Below the pieces are notes generated by a model that had not been told where the DNA came from, ran no database searches, and worked only from the letters and a program-made list of their open reading frames with translations. A stretch of DNA of 64,000 nucleotides from an uncultured Gammaproteobacteria bacterium (GTDB lineage: Bacteria > Patescibacteriota > Microgenomatia > UBA8517), in contig CAZIMC010000001.1 in assembly GCA_964540475.1 (NCBI GenBank), positions 345,575 through 409,574 on the forward strand. Direction: 5' to 3'. Shown here piece after piece: positions 1 to 9,316 of this stretch (positions are counted from its first letter, which is position 1; every line of letters starts with the position of its first letter). A program made the translations under genes and the position numbers.

Positions 1-367
1 TTTCATCTATAAAGACTATTGGTGAGATTGTTCCTTTTTCTTCGTTTTCTTTTATGAGTTTGGGTTGGGCAGCGAATGAGGGAATTATTCCAGTACTTGC
101 GATCACCTTTTCAATATCTGAAATTTTAGTATTAACTGCCGAAAACTCGTAAAACGGTCTTTTTAGTTCCTTTGCAATAATCCGGGTTATGGTTGTTTTA
201 CCAGACCCTGGTGGCCCCCAAAATATAATAGAAGGAAAAAAGTTGGTTTTTTTACCATTTTGAACTAGTTTAGTAATAATTCCATCCCTACCCACGATTT
301 CTTCCTGTCCAACATAATCCACAAGGGTGGTGGGACGCATTAAATCAGCAAGAGGTGGTTGTGCCAT
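1..367 (-). CDS. rarA: Replication-associated recombination protein A-like AAA+ ATPase (RarA/MgsA), N-terminal part; gene runs off the window start
   Basis: The reverse-complement ORF starts at ATG (complement of 365-367) and has no stop down to position 1. Its translation MAQPPLADLMRPTTLVDYVGQEEIVGRDGIITKLVQNGKKTNFFPSIIFWGPPGSGKTTITRIIAKELKRPFYEF has the RarA N-terminal 'MRP.tL.eyvGQ' block and a Walker A GPPGSGKTT. It is absent from the supplied ORF track because it is truncated. Confidence 0.65.
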   Translation of the reverse strand, partial: MAQPPLADLMRPTTLVDYVGQEEIVGRDGIITKLVQNGKKTNFFPSIIFWGPPGSGKTTITRIIAKELKRPFYEFSAVNTKISDIEKVIASTGIIPSFAAQPKLIKENEEKGTISPIVFIDE

Positions 368-437
368 ACAATTATAGGAAGTTTCATTCTAACCCGAACA
401 GAAGCCGAAGTAAAGGGCTGTGAAGTATAATTGATAA

Positions 438-1076
438 ATGGATTTTTTAAGTGGCGTCAAAGTTTTAGAAGAAAAACAGTCCAAATTTAATGGAAAAGTT
501 ACAGTTGTCAAAAGTTTGGGGCTTGGGACGTATATTCAAGTGGACGGACTAACCCAATCCGGCGGTGTGGTTACTGATATTTGGAAAGAAACGCTAAAAA
601 AAGTGCATAGCGCAAAGCGCATAGTGCATAGTTGTTTGATATTGGGACTTGGCGGAGGAAGTGTTGCAAAACTCGTCAGAAAATATTGGCCGGAGACTGA
701 AATCACTGGAGTTGATATTGATCCTGTAATCGTAAAGTTAGGCATTAGGCACTTGGGGCTTGGCAATAGTAAGGCAGAGATCATAGTTAACGATGCAGCG
801 CAATTTGTAAGAATAAGCAGTAAGAGTAAGAAAAAGTGGGACTTAGTTATTATTGATATGTACAAAGGCTACGAAGTGCCGGAAAAATTTACTAAGGATT
901 CATTTCTTAAACTTATTCTTAGCCTGCTATCTGACAATGGTATTGCAGTTTTCAACAGACTTTATTTTGGTGAAAAAAGAAAAGAAGCGATGAAGTTCGG
1001 AGAAACTCTTCAGAAATATTTTAAGGTTGATTACCTATTCCCCGAAGCAAACGTGATGTTTCTTTGCAGGAAGTAA
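438..1076 (+). CDS. Spermidine synthase-like / class I SAM-dependent methyltransferase-fold protein
   Basis: This is a 212-aa ORF. It has a Gly-rich nucleotide-binding-like loop 'VHSCLILGLGGGSVAKLV' followed by an acidic 'ITGVDIDPVIV' strand and 'DLVIIDMY', a layout typical of spermidine/spermine synthase-family proteins. The exact activity is uncertain. Confidence 0.45.
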   Translation: MDFLSGVKVLEEKQSKFNGKVTVVKSLGLGTYIQVDGLTQSGGVVTDIWKETLKKVHSAKRIVHSCLILGLGGGSVAKLVRKYWPETEITGVDIDPVIVKLGIRHLGLGNSKAEIIVNDAAQFVRISSKSKKKWDLVIIDMYKGYEVPEKFTKDSFLKLILSLLSDNGIAVFNRLYFGEKRKEAMKFGETLQKYFKVDYLFPEANVMFLCRK

Positions 1077-1146
1077 ATGGCACTCGTGTTTGGTGTGTGC
1101 TAGAATGAGGCTTCGTAGAATTACCTAATCCTGCTACAATTAAAGT

Positions 1147-3864
1147 ATGCTTAATTTATTCTCAAAATTTTTGGACCTCAACCAAAGGGAAATAGACCGC
1201 TATTCCCGGATTGTTAATAAGATAAACGAGCTCGAAATCGAGACTTCCAAACTAAAAGACGGAGATTTCAAGAAAAAAACTGAAGAATTTAAGAATCGTA
1301 TTGAAAAAGGAGAGACTTTAGAAGGAATTTTACCCGAAGCATATGCGGTAGTTCGTGAAGCTAGCAGTAGGGCTCTCGGGATGAGGCATTATGATGTTCA
1401 GTTGATGGCGGCCATAACTCTTTTTGAAGGTCGGGTAGCAGAGCAAAAGACAGGGGAAGGAAAAACACTTTCGGCTGTTCCTGCGCTATATTTAAGAACA
1501 CTTACCGGAAAAGGAGTACACCTTGTTACAGTTAATGATTATTTGGCACGAAGAGATGCCGGCTGGAATGCTCCAATTTTTGATTTATTAGGACTATCTG
1601 TGGGCGTAATTATCCAGGAAGGAAAGAGCTTTATCTATGATTCCAGGTTTACTGATACCAGTCATGGAGACGAGAGACTATCGCACCTTAAACCTGCTAG
1701 CCGTAAAGAAACATATGCAAGTGACATAGTTTATGGGACAAACAACGAATTCGGTTTTGACTACTTGCGCGATAACATGGTCCAAACGTTGGACGAGATG
1801 GTCCAGCGCGGGCATTATTTTGCGATAGTTGACGAGGTTGATTCTGTTTTAATAGATGAAGCAAGAACCCCTTTAATTATTTCAGCTCCGGACACTGAAC
1901 CGACAGACAAATATTATAAATTTGCAGAGCTTATCCAAAAACTTAATTCCGATACTGATTTTAAGATTGACGAGAAAGCAAAGAGTGCAACCTTAACGGA
2001 GCGGGGAATTGAAAGAGTCGAAAAGCTATTGGGAATTCAAAACCTTTATGAAAAAGATTTTGACACAATTCACCATATCGAGAATGCATTAAGAGCAAAG
2101 ACGCTGTATTTACGGGACCGCGAATATGTGGTCAAAGATAACACCATAACTATTGTAGATGAATTTACAGGGAGACTAATGGTTGGTAGACGCTGGAGCG
2201 ACGGATTGCATCAGGCGGTCGAAGCGAAAGAAGGTGTACCCATTCAACAAGAAAGCAAAACTCTCGCGACAATTTCTTTCCAAAACTACTTTAGAATGTA
2301 TGAGCATCTTTCAGGGATGACCGGTACAGCTGCCACAGAGGCAGAAGAGTTTAGAAAAATATATAACCTTGAGGTGATTGCAATTCCAACACATAGGGAA
2401 ATGGTGAGACGCGACATGTCGGATGTTATTTACAAAAGCATATCCGCCAAGTACACAGCAATTGCTGATGAGATCGAAAAAATGCATGAAAAGGGTCAAC
2501 CAGTGCTTGTGGGCACTACCTCAATTGATAAAAACGAAATAATTTCGGACTACTTGAAGAGACGCAAAATTCCCCATAACGTTTTGAATGCAAAAAACCA
2601 CGAGCGGGAAGCCGCCATAATCTCCGATGCAGGCAAACCGGGTGGAGTAACGGTTGCAACAAACATGGCAGGGAGGGGTGTTGACATTGTATTGGGCGGG
2701 GCAGTACCTGAAAAACCAGATGGAGTAACAAATGAAAAGTTTAAGAAGAGTAAGGAATATAAAGCCTGGCAGGATCTTCACGAAAGAGTATTGAAAGCAG
2801 GAGGCCTTCATGTTCTTGGAACCGAGAGACATGAAAGCAGAAGAATTGACAACCAGCTTAGAGGGCGGTCAGGTAGACAGGGGGACCCGGGATCGTCCCG
2901 CTTTTATCTCTCATTGGAAGATGACTTAATGAGAATCTTCGGTGGTGAGCAGATAAAAGGAATTATGGATAGGCTAAAACTTCCGGAAGATCAGCCGATT
3001 GAGAATTCTTTGGTAAACCGTGCAATTGAGCAGGCTCAAGTGAAAGTTGAAGGTTTCCATTTTGATATAAGGAAAAGATTGGTTGAATTTGATGATGTTG
3101 CTAACCAGCAAAGAGATATTATTTACAAATTGAGAAGACGTGTACTTGAATCCAGTAATTTAAAAGAAGAGGTCTTAGATAAACTAAGAGAGAGGATTGA
3201 GGGTATGCTTCAATCATTTGAAGCACCAGATTCGGAGCAGGTCATGGTAAGCTTTCTTGAGATAGTACCTTTTGATGATTCTTCTTCGAAAAGAATTAGG
3301 AAAGAACTTGAAGCTAGAAATAATATAGAAGAAATTAAAGAATTTCTTTTCAAAGTTCTGGAGGATGTGCATAAAAGTAGGGAAGAACAAGTGGGTGCTG
3401 AAGTAATGAGACAGATGGAGCGGTTTGCATACCTTGGTGCGATTGACAGACAATGGATGGATCATATTGACCAGATCAATGATTTAAGGGAATCTGTTGA
3501 ACTCAGGCGGGTAGGACAAAAAGATCCTCTTGTTGAATTTAAAAATGAAGCCTACACAATGTTTGAGAATCTAATAGCAAGGATTAATGAGGAGTTGGCG
3601 CGAAGGCTCTTTAGAATTGGTGTTTCGGCTCCTCCTTCTGAGATCCCGCTTGATAAGGCAAGGGAAAATGTTGATACAACCGACATGACAGGCCTTGCAG
3701 GGGGTGCGGATCAGGCATTGCGGACTGGGCAGCCAGCCTTTGCCAGTCCGGGTAACCAAGCAACTAACATGCTAGCCAACCATGGCAAGCTTGGCCGCAA
3801 CGACCCCTGCTGGTGTGGATCAGGAAAAAAGTGGAAGAAATGTCATTATCCAACTCTAGGATAA
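1147..3864 (+). CDS. secA: Preprotein translocase ATPase SecA
   Basis: This is a 905-aa ORF with SecA motor motifs ('GEGKTL', 'VTVNDYLARRD', 'DEVDSVLIDEARTPLIIS', 'TGTA', 'TNMAGRGVDI', 'GRSGRQGDPGSSRFYLSLEDDL'). It ends with the SecA zinc-binding tail 'CWCGSGKKWKKCH'. Confidence 0.95.
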   Translation: MLNLFSKFLDLNQREIDRYSRIVNKINELEIETSKLKDGDFKKKTEEFKNRIEKGETLEGILPEAYAVVREASSRALGMRHYDVQLMAAITLFEGRVAEQKTGEGKTLSAVPALYLRTLTGKGVHLVTVNDYLARRDAGWNAPIFDLLGLSVGVIIQEGKSFIYDSRFTDTSHGDERLSHLKPASRKETYASDIVYGTNNEFGFDYLRDNMVQTLDEMVQRGHYFAIVDEVDSVLIDEARTPLIISAPDTEPTDKYYKFAELIQKLNSDTDFKIDEKAKSATLTERGIERVEKLLGIQNLYEKDFDTIHHIENALRAKTLYLRDREYVVKDNTITIVDEFTGRLMVGRRWSDGLHQAVEAKEGVPIQQESKTLATISFQNYFRMYEHLSGMTGTAATEAEEFRKIYNLEVIAIPTHREMVRRDMSDVIYKSISAKYTAIADEIEKMHEKGQPVLVGTTSIDKNEIISDYLKRRKIPHNVLNAKNHEREAAIISDAGKPGGVTVATNMAGRGVDIVLGGAVPEKPDGVTNEKFKKSKEYKAWQDLHERVLKAGGLHVLGTERHESRRIDNQLRGRSGRQGDPGSSRFYLSLEDDLMRIFGGEQIKGIMDRLKLPEDQPIENSLVNRAIEQAQVKVEGFHFDIRKRLVEFDDVANQQRDIIYKLRRRVLESSNLKEEVLDKLRERIEGMLQSFEAPDSEQVMVSFLEIVPFDDSSSKRIRKELEARNNIEEIKEFLFKVLEDVHKSREEQVGAEVMRQMERFAYLGAIDRQWMDHIDQINDLRESVELRRVGQKDPLVEFKNEAYTMFENLIARINEELARRLFRIGVSAPPSEIPLDKARENVDTTDMTGLAGGADQALRTGQPAFASPGNQATNMLANHGKLGRNDPCWCGSGKKWKKCHYPTLG

Positions 3865-4012
3865 TGACCCTGAGCATGTCGCATGGGCTACTATCCTCAA
3901 ATGTCCCAGTAGCGACAGATTGGAATGTATCAAACAGCCAATTAGTTGGTACGTAGCGATTTAAGTCTGTTTTGGGGGTTTTCAAAACCCTTCTTACAGG
4001 TTAGAATGGCTT

Positions 4013-4549
4013 TTGCCAATGGAAGAAAAACCAATAAACAACAAGAGCTTGGCAATATTATTAGGGGTATTACTTTTAATTGCCATTGGAGTGGGGCTTA
4101 TTTTCAGAGGGGATAATAATTTGGGAAGTCTAGTTGCTCAAAACCAGCAGGGGATTTCACTTAGTGAACTAGACAGTCTTGCACAATTTGAGCAAACAGG
4201 AGAGAATGTACAGATGCAAACTACGAGTGAGTTAGAAAAAGAGGACTTGGTAGTTGGAACAGGCGACGAAGCACAGGCAGGCAAGTCTGTTACTGTCCAT
4301 TATGTGGGAACTCTTCTTAATGGAACCAAGTTTGACAGCTCACGTGACCGAGGTGAGCCGTTTACCTTTAATTTGGGAGCTGGAGAAGTTATAGAAGGAT
4401 GGGACCTTGGAGTTTCCGGAATGAAAGTTGGGGGAAAGAGAGTTTTAACAATACCATCTGAACTGGCATATGGCCCTGCCGGAGCTCCTCCCGTTATTGG
4501 ACCAAATGAAACTTTAGTTTTTGAAGTTGAACTTCTTGAAGTTAATTAA
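4013..4549 (+). CDS. FKBP-type peptidyl-prolyl cis-trans isomerase with N-terminal signal/anchor
   Basis: This is a 178-aa ORF. It has an N-terminal hydrophobic segment and an FKBP domain block '[63 protein letters not shown]'. Confidence 0.8.
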   Translation: MPMEEKPINNKSLAILLGVLLLIAIGVGLIFRGDNNLGSLVAQNQQGISLSELDSLAQFEQTGENVQMQTTSELEKEDLVVGTGDEAQAGKSVTVHYVGTLLNGTKFDSSRDRGEPFTFNLGAGEVIEGWDLGVSGMKVGGKRVLTIPSELAYGPAGAPPVIGPNETLVFEVELLEVN

Positions 4550-4592
4550 TTTACCCTTTCAATTTACTTCAAATTTTCCTACTATTAATTAC

Positions 4593-5165
4593 ATGTCCCT
4601 CTCTAAACTTGTTGTAACTGAACTTAAAAGACATTCAGGATACTGGAGTTTGGCATTGGCTGTAGTTATCAGTATAGTAGTGTTTTATTTCCGGGATTAT
4701 CTGGTAAATCTAAAAACGTACGGTTATGTTGGCTTATTTTTTATTAGTATTCTCGGTAACGCAACAATCATTTTACCTGTTCCGGTCATATTGACCGCCT
4801 TTATTGGTGGCGGTATTTTTAATCCATTATTGGTGGGTATTGTAGTTTCTTTGGGCGCAGCAATCGGTGAACTTACGGGATACCTGGCCGGTTATGGTGG
4901 GCGGGGCTTTGTAAAAAGCAAAAAGGTTGAAAAGATGGAGGTTTGGATGAAAAAATACGGCCTTTGGACTCTTTTTGTATTATCAGCAATACCTAATCCG
5001 GCCTTTGATCTGGCAGGGATTGTAGCTGGTGCTTCTAAAGTTCCGGTCTATAAGTATTTAGTCATTGTCTGGCTTGGAAAGTTAATTAAGTTTTTGGCCA
5101 TATCATATCTCGGCGCAGGGTCGCTAACGCTTATTGATAGAATTCTCCAATTTTCAACCAAATAA
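4593..5165 (+). CDS. DedA/SNARE-associated (TVP38/TMEM64) family membrane protein
   Basis: The polytopic ORF has the DedA-type block 'GLFFISILGNATIILPVPVILTAFIGG' and a second Gly-rich re-entrant-like segment. The track ORF begins at 4521, overlapping the FKBP gene, so the first ATG at 4593 is the more plausible start. Confidence 0.65.
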   Translation: MSLSKLVVTELKRHSGYWSLALAVVISIVVFYFRDYLVNLKTYGYVGLFFISILGNATIILPVPVILTAFIGGGIFNPLLVGIVVSLGAAIGELTGYLAGYGGRGFVKSKKVEKMEVWMKKYGLWTLFVLSAIPNPAFDLAGIVAGASKVPVYKYLVIVWLGKLIKFLAISYLGAGSLTLIDRILQFSTK

Positions 5166-5403
5166 CCCCAACAGGCCAATAATGATTAGATAAATTGCGA
5201 CTATATAGTTTAGAAATCTCGGGAAGACTAAAATAAGAATTCCAAAAATTAGCGAAATAATAGGGTCATATGCGGTTAAATTCAGATTCATACATTCATT
5301 TAGACGGAGAATTTTTAGAAACTTATTATGAAGAGGTACGAAGTATGTAATAACATAAGCAATTTAACCTAATAAACTGATCCAGGTTGCCATATATCAT
5401 TTA

Positions 5404-5433
5404 TTGACATTGCTAGCTATTTATGTTTATACT
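5404..5433 (+). promoter_or_regulatory. Sigma70-like promoter candidate (TTGACA-N18-TATACT) for the LytR_C protein gene
   Basis: TTGACA lies at 5404-5409 and TATACT at 5428-5433 with an 18-nt spacer. The first in-frame ATG is at 5446, which implies a very short leader. Confidence 0.3.
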
Positions 5434-5445
5434 TGCGGCACTAAG

Positions 5446-6057
5446 ATGGAAGGCGTTTCTCAAGATAGTCATACTGTCCCAGGAGTTGGATTTCCGCAAG
5501 GTGGAAGTCCTAAACCCAAAAGAAGAACAAGCTTGATAGTGTTTATAATCTTGGGAATCTTGTTTTTAGCAGGTGGCGCAGTATTCTTTATCTCAAGGAG
5601 TAATGAAGAGATTGTATCCACACCTACGCCTACAGGCTTTTTTGAGAGCCAACCTGAAACTCCTACCCCTGAGCCCTCACCAACTCCAAGCCCGGTCAGT
5701 AAAAGCGAGGTTAGGATTGAAGTTTTAAATGGGATTGGTGTACCCGGTGAAGCTGCGTATTTGCAAGGGCAGTTACGAAGTTTGGGATTTACCAATATTA
5801 CTGCTGGAAACGCAGATACAGATGCTGCGACTGCCACTCAGGTTACATTTTCACCTATTGTCTCTCAAGCTATAATGGATGAAATCGAACAGCGTTTAAG
5901 AACAATCTATTCGTCTGTGACTACTAGTTCATCTAGTCTAAGTAATACAGACGTACGGATCGTAACAGGACCCAGAAGAGGTGCAACCCAAGCATCGCCC
6001 GCCGCAACTTCAGCGGCTTCAGCCTCACCCAGTGCAACGCCAACTACAACTAACTAG
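5446..6057 (+). CDS. LytR_C (LytR/CpsA/Psr C-terminal)-domain protein, membrane anchored, with a Pro/Thr/Ser-rich linker
   Basis: It has an N-terminal TM 'LIVFIILGILFLAGGAVFFI' and a 'PTPEPSPTPSP' linker. The block 'VRIEVLNGIGVPGEAAYLQGQLRSLGFTNITAGNAD' is typical of the LytR_C domain. The track start is an upstream TTG, so ATG 5446 is the preferred start. Confidence 0.55.
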   Translation: MEGVSQDSHTVPGVGFPQGGSPKPKRRTSLIVFIILGILFLAGGAVFFISRSNEEIVSTPTPTGFFESQPETPTPEPSPTPSPVSKSEVRIEVLNGIGVPGEAAYLQGQLRSLGFTNITAGNADTDAATATQVTFSPIVSQAIMDEIEQRLRTIYSSVTTSSSSLSNTDVRIVTGPRRGATQASPAATSAASASPSATPTTTN

Positions 6058-6077
6058 GCAGTTGGGTGTATTATTAA

Positions 6078-6539
6078 ATGAGTATGGATTTTCAGAGCCT
6101 ATTGTCTGGTGGTTTTGACATTAATTTGGGGAGCCTATCTATTTCGCCAGCTTGGTGGCAAGCAGGAGCAATAGTAGCACTATTATTCCTGCTTGTTTTG
6201 ATTTTTGCCCACTTTCAAAAAAGTTCAACAAGCTCTTCACTTAAGGGTATCTGGTCGGGGGTGGCGATCGGCTTTTTCCTAGCTTTAATACTTGAAGGAT
6301 TTTTGATAATTGCTGGGCGAACTATAGTTACGGAGATGCTGGGATGGAAGGATGCACCCAAGCCAATAACCCACGCACTTGATTTGGGGCGGGAAAAATT
6401 GGTCGATGTGTTGGGGGTCACTTCAGAAATTCCCAGCTCTGTCGCCTATGAAGAACCTTCTGCAATCGGTGTGGTTGGCGTTCTGCAGTCACTTCCTCCA
6501 GACGAAGTAGAAAAGGCTAAAAAAATTATTTGTGAGTGA
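6078..6539 (+). CDS. Hypothetical membrane protein
   Basis: This 153-aa ORF has two predicted TM helices ('WWQAGAIVALLFLLVLIFA', 'GVAIGFFLALILEGFLIIAG'). I recognise no family. Confidence 0.4.
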   Translation: MSMDFQSLLSGGFDINLGSLSISPAWWQAGAIVALLFLLVLIFAHFQKSSTSSSLKGIWSGVAIGFFLALILEGFLIIAGRTIVTEMLGWKDAPKPITHALDLGREKLVDVLGVTSEIPSSVAYEEPSAIGVVGVLQSLPPDEVEKAKKIICE

Positions 6540-6546
6540 TTGAAGG

Positions 6547-7647
6547 GTGGGATATACTTCACCAACGATGGAAGAAATTAAAAAGCGTATCCAAAACTTA
6601 GTTGAGAGACTAGGCGAGACCAAAAAGCATCTAGACTTTACGGGTAAAAGAAAGCAAGTGGAAATATTGGAGTCAAAGTCTTCGGATCCAAAGCTTTGGG
6701 AAGACGCGGAAGAAGCCAGAAATATAATGCAAAATTTGTCGGACCTCAAAAAGGAATTGGATGAAGTCGATCAAATTAGTGAGGATCTGGTTACCCTTCA
6801 GGAAATGATAAATGAAGGAGTTGTGACTGACGATTTTGGAAAAGAGCTGGAAAAGCTTGAGCAGGCGTTGCGGCAGTTTGAACTTGCATCGTTTCTTTCG
6901 GATGAATACGATCGTAAAAATGCTATGGTTTCGATTCACGCCGGCCAGGGAGGAACTGAGGCAATGGACTGGAGCAATATGCTTTTTAGAATGTACGTGC
7001 GATTTGCAGAGAGAAAAGGTTGGGAGATGGTAGTTTTAGATTATAACGAGGGAGAGGAAGCTGGAATAAAAAGCGTAACATTCAAGGTCCGTGGGGCATA
7101 CGCGTATGGCTACTTAAAGGGTGAATCCGGAACCCATAGACTTGTAAGACAGTCTCCGTTTAACGCAGACAAGTTAAGGCAGACCTCTTTTGCACTGGTT
7201 GAGGTATTGCCCGAACTTGAGGAAAAAGACCTCCCCGATATTGACATTAAAGACGACGACATAGATATTCAGTTTTTTAGAAGTTCATCTCAGGGTGGAC
7301 AGAACGTTCAGAAAGTCTCAACGGCAGTACGGATTATGCATAAACCCACGGGAATTGTAGTTACTGCTCAATCAGAACGCTTTCAGGAGCAGAATCGCAA
7401 GAATGCAATGAACCTTCTTCGCTCAAAACTCTGGATAAGACAGAAAGAGATGGAGAAACAGATGAGACGAGATATCAAGGGGGATTATCGTCCGGCCTCT
7501 TGGGGGACACAAATACGTTCTTATGTACTTCACCCGTACAAGATGATTAAAGATTTAAGGACGGACGTGGAGACTGGGAATACTGAAGCAGTCTTAGATG
7601 GGGAGATAGATGAATTTATCGAGGCGGAAGTAAAAATTGGGTCTTGA
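6547..7647 (+). CDS. prfB: Peptide chain release factor 2
   Basis: This 366-aa ORF carries the RF2-specific 'SPF' tripeptide ('RQSPFNAD') and the GGQ motif ('SSQGGQNVQKVSTAVRIMHKPTGIVV'). The ORF is contiguous with no internal CTT TGA frameshift site. Confidence 0.9.
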   Translation: MGYTSPTMEEIKKRIQNLVERLGETKKHLDFTGKRKQVEILESKSSDPKLWEDAEEARNIMQNLSDLKKELDEVDQISEDLVTLQEMINEGVVTDDFGKELEKLEQALRQFELASFLSDEYDRKNAMVSIHAGQGGTEAMDWSNMLFRMYVRFAERKGWEMVVLDYNEGEEAGIKSVTFKVRGAYAYGYLKGESGTHRLVRQSPFNADKLRQTSFALVEVLPELEEKDLPDIDIKDDDIDIQFFRSSSQGGQNVQKVSTAVRIMHKPTGIVVTAQSERFQEQNRKNAMNLLRSKLWIRQKEMEKQMRRDIKGDYRPASWGTQIRSYVLHPYKMIKDLRTDVETGNTEAVLDGEIDEFIEAEVKIGS

Positions 7648-8093
7648 TATTTTTCACCTTAAAAGTAGAATCAATTCCAACAATGACCGCAGAACTACGA
7701 GATTATGGAGCAATTCGTGATCAACTGATAGCCGATGAGGGGGAGAGGAACAGGGATCTTTATGAGTATTCGGGAGACCTTTTACGAAATACTGGCATTG
7801 TCCCGCTTTCAATTTGGCCCGAACCTAATAGTGTGGTAAGGGGCATCATTTCAGGTGAGGTAGACTACAACAAGCTTTTTGATGGCAGTGATGAAATGTA
7901 TTCAAACGAATTTCATAAGGGCGGTGTGTCTGGTGATCAAGAGGCCTTTGTCAAATGGCGAGAGGGTCAGGAAATGCTTTGCGAAGCTTTAGACTTAACA
8001 CCGTGTCTAAAGGGGCGGTGTCCATTATATGTTGCAACTGATACCAAACCTCCCATTTGTCGTGAATTTAAGATCGTATTTCGTAACTCCTAA
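7644..8093 (+). CDS. Hypothetical protein (Cys-containing C-terminus)
   Basis: This 149-aa ORF overlaps the prfB stop by 4 nt. Its C-terminus is 'CEALDLTPCLKGRCPLYVATDTKPPIC'. I recognise no family, and the true start may be Met at about 7683. Confidence 0.35.
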   Translation: MIFFTLKVESIPTMTAELRDYGAIRDQLIADEGERNRDLYEYSGDLLRNTGIVPLSIWPEPNSVVRGIISGEVDYNKLFDGSDEMYSNEFHKGGVSGDQEAFVKWREGQEMLCEALDLTPCLKGRCPLYVATDTKPPICREFKIVFRNS

Positions 8094-8129
8094 CTATCAC
8101 CTTGCCAAAGACTTGGAATTAGTGATATA

Positions 8130-8603
8130 TTGTTGTTTATGCAGCCACAAGGCATTGTCAGTCAGCCAGCGGGTACTTCTCGTGGAATGAGCAGCAGCTC
8201 GGTTAGAGATAAGAAAAAGGCAATTGTTACTGCCGGACTTTTTTTGGCAGTCATTATTGCAGGAATCTTTACGGGTAAAAGCCTGGCGGGGGAGGGAAGT
8301 TCAACAGCCCCCAGCGGTAATACTGCGCCTGGAGCTACAACCAGCCTTCGAGAGGCAGGAATTTCTGATGAAAGCACTTTCAGAGATAGCGCAGAAGGAA
8401 CTCTAAGAGAAGGTGGAATTGAGGGCGACGGCACGCACCACCTGGAACGCCCAGGGGGAGCTTCGCAAAATGTGTATTTGACATCCACTGTTATTGATCT
8501 TCAAAGTTTTGTAGGAAAGAAAGTTAAAGTATGGGGTGAAACAATCTCCGCAAAACGAGCCAGTTGGCTAATGGATGTCGGTAAAATTTCTGTTACAGAT
8601 TAG
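8130..8603 (+). CDS. Hypothetical membrane-anchored protein
   Basis: This 157-aa ORF has a single N-terminal TM ('AIVTAGLFLAVIIAGIF'), a Gly/Ser/Thr-rich disordered segment, and a small C-terminal domain. Confidence 0.35.
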   Translation: MLFMQPQGIVSQPAGTSRGMSSSSVRDKKKAIVTAGLFLAVIIAGIFTGKSLAGEGSSTAPSGNTAPGATTSLREAGISDESTFRDSAEGTLREGGIEGDGTHHLERPGGASQNVYLTSTVIDLQSFVGKKVKVWGETISAKRASWLMDVGKISVTD

Positions 8604-8656
8604 CCTTACACCTCGGGTTGTTAATTTAGTTTTCATTTGATACCCTGTATTTAGCT

Positions 8657-9316
8657 TTGCCCATGCTCAAGTTAAGTAACGTAACAAAGACCTTTGGAAA
8701 TATTAAGGCACTGGAGTCTATTTCCTTCGAAGTTGAAAAGGGTGAGTTTGTCTTTCTAATGGGCCCTTCAGGAGCTGGAAAGACTACAATCTTAAGACTG
8801 ATACTTAGAGAATATCTCCCAGACAGTGGTGAGATTATTTTTGACGGGAAAAATGTCGCACAAATAGCAAGACGTGATGTCCCCAAGCATAGACAGAAAA
8901 TTGGTGTAGTCTTTCAGGATTTTAAGCTTCTTGCCGAGAGAACAATTAGAGAGAATATCGAGGTTGTGCTTGCAGTTACGGGTATTAAACAGACGGAGTG
9001 GAAAAGCAGGGTTGATGAAGTTCTTGGCATGGTCGGTCTACTCGAAAGATCAGAACTGTTTCCATCTCAGCTTTCAGGTGGTGAGCTGCAAAGAGCTGCT
9101 TTGGCCAGGGCTTTGGTTGTTAACCCAAAAATTGTTTTGGCTGATGAACCAACAGGCAACCTAGATCATGATACCGCTGAATCAATTGTAAAATTGTTTG
9201 AGGCTATCAATAAAGAGGGAAAAACTGTTATTATGGCCACACACAATAAAGGTATTGTTGATAAACTCAAAAAGCGTGTGGTTTATGTTGAGGGAGGTAA
9301 AATAAAGGAAAAATGA
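8657..9316 (+). CDS. ftsE: Cell division ATP-binding protein FtsE (ABC ATPase)
   Basis: This 219-aa ORF has Walker A 'GPSGAGKTT', the ABC signature 'LSGGELQRAALARAL', Walker B 'ILADEPTGNLD' and an H-loop 'ATHN'. A permease gene follows it directly. Confidence 0.85.
   Translation: MPMLKLSNVTKTFGNIKALESISFEVEKGEFVFLMGPSGAGKTTILRLILREYLPDSGEIIFDGKNVAQIARRDVPKHRQKIGVVFQDFKLLAERTIRENIEVVLAVTGIKQTEWKSRVDEVLGMVGLLERSELFPSQLSGGELQRAALARALVVNPKIVLADEPTGNLDHDTAESIVKLFEAINKEGKTVIMATHNKGIVDKLKKRVVYVEGGKIKEK

Noticed and set aside
5469-5837. 122-aa minus-strand ORF inside the LytR_C gene, and a 109-aa minus ORF at 536-865 inside the methyltransferase-like gene
   Set aside because: These are antisense ORFs within better-supported genes, produced by GC-rich PT-linker codons. 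No motifs support them.
6547-6640. Looked for the programmed +1 frameshift site (CTT TGA C) typical of prfB
   Set aside because: It is not present. The RF2 ORF is contiguous for 366 aa, and many bacteria lack the frameshift, so this is not anomalous.
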